From assembly GCF_004010195.1 (NCBI RefSeq), contig NC_057720.1, positions 264,655-284,654 of the forward strand: a stretch of 20,000 nt of DNA. The letters run 5' to 3'. Below are positions 19,750 to 20,000 of the stretch, piece after piece (position 1 is the first letter of the stretch; the number at the start of each line of letters is the position of its first letter). A program made the translations under genes and the position numbers. This stretch comes from Chiloscyllium plagiosum. Lineage: Eukaryota. The notes under the pieces were generated by a model. It did no database searches, was not told the DNA's origin, and worked only from the letters and a program-made list of their open reading frames with translations.

Positions 19750-20000
19750 CACTCACCGTCCCCTCGATACTCACCCTGACCTCCCCTCGACCCTCATCGT
19801 CCCCTCGACCCTCACCGTCCCCTCGACACTTGCCCTCATCGTCTGCTCACCCTCACTGTCCCCTTGACCCTCACCGCACTTGGCACTCGCCCTCACTGTC
19901 CCCTCGACACTCGCCCTCACCGTCTCCCTGACCCTCACCGTCCCCTCGACCCTCACCGTCCCCTCGACACTCGCACTCACCGTCCCCTCGACCCTCACTG
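19750..20000. repeat. C-rich 18/24-bp minisatellite (ccctcaccgtcccctcga, with or without cactcg), running off the window
   Basis: Direct inspection; it gives the periodic VEGTVR ORF on the minus strand. Confidence 0.9.

Overview
This is vertebrate genomic DNA, most likely from a shark or ray, judged from an HE1-type V-SINE and typical elasmobranch CR1 and Penelope repeats. The window lies inside a clade-B fibrillar collagen gene (COL11A1/COL5A1/COL11A2 family) on the minus strand. Three Gly-X-Y exons of 54, 54 and 108 bp are visible at 17562-17615, 16679-16732 and 13873-13980. The rest is intron filled with decayed CR1 LINEs (one spanning a 605-N gap), SINEs, minisatellites and about 9 Penelope-like element (PLE) termini. 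The most interesting signal is a series of PLE-type minimal hammerhead ribozyme motifs. One is core-intact, flanked by a perfect 16-bp target-site duplication and in sense orientation to the collagen pre-mRNA. Another has been converted into a perfect palindrome. There is also an unexplained 73-bp inverted-repeat element at 5444-6212 and a rare GAG splice acceptor. Repeat family names and collagen comparisons come from recalled sequences, not database searches.
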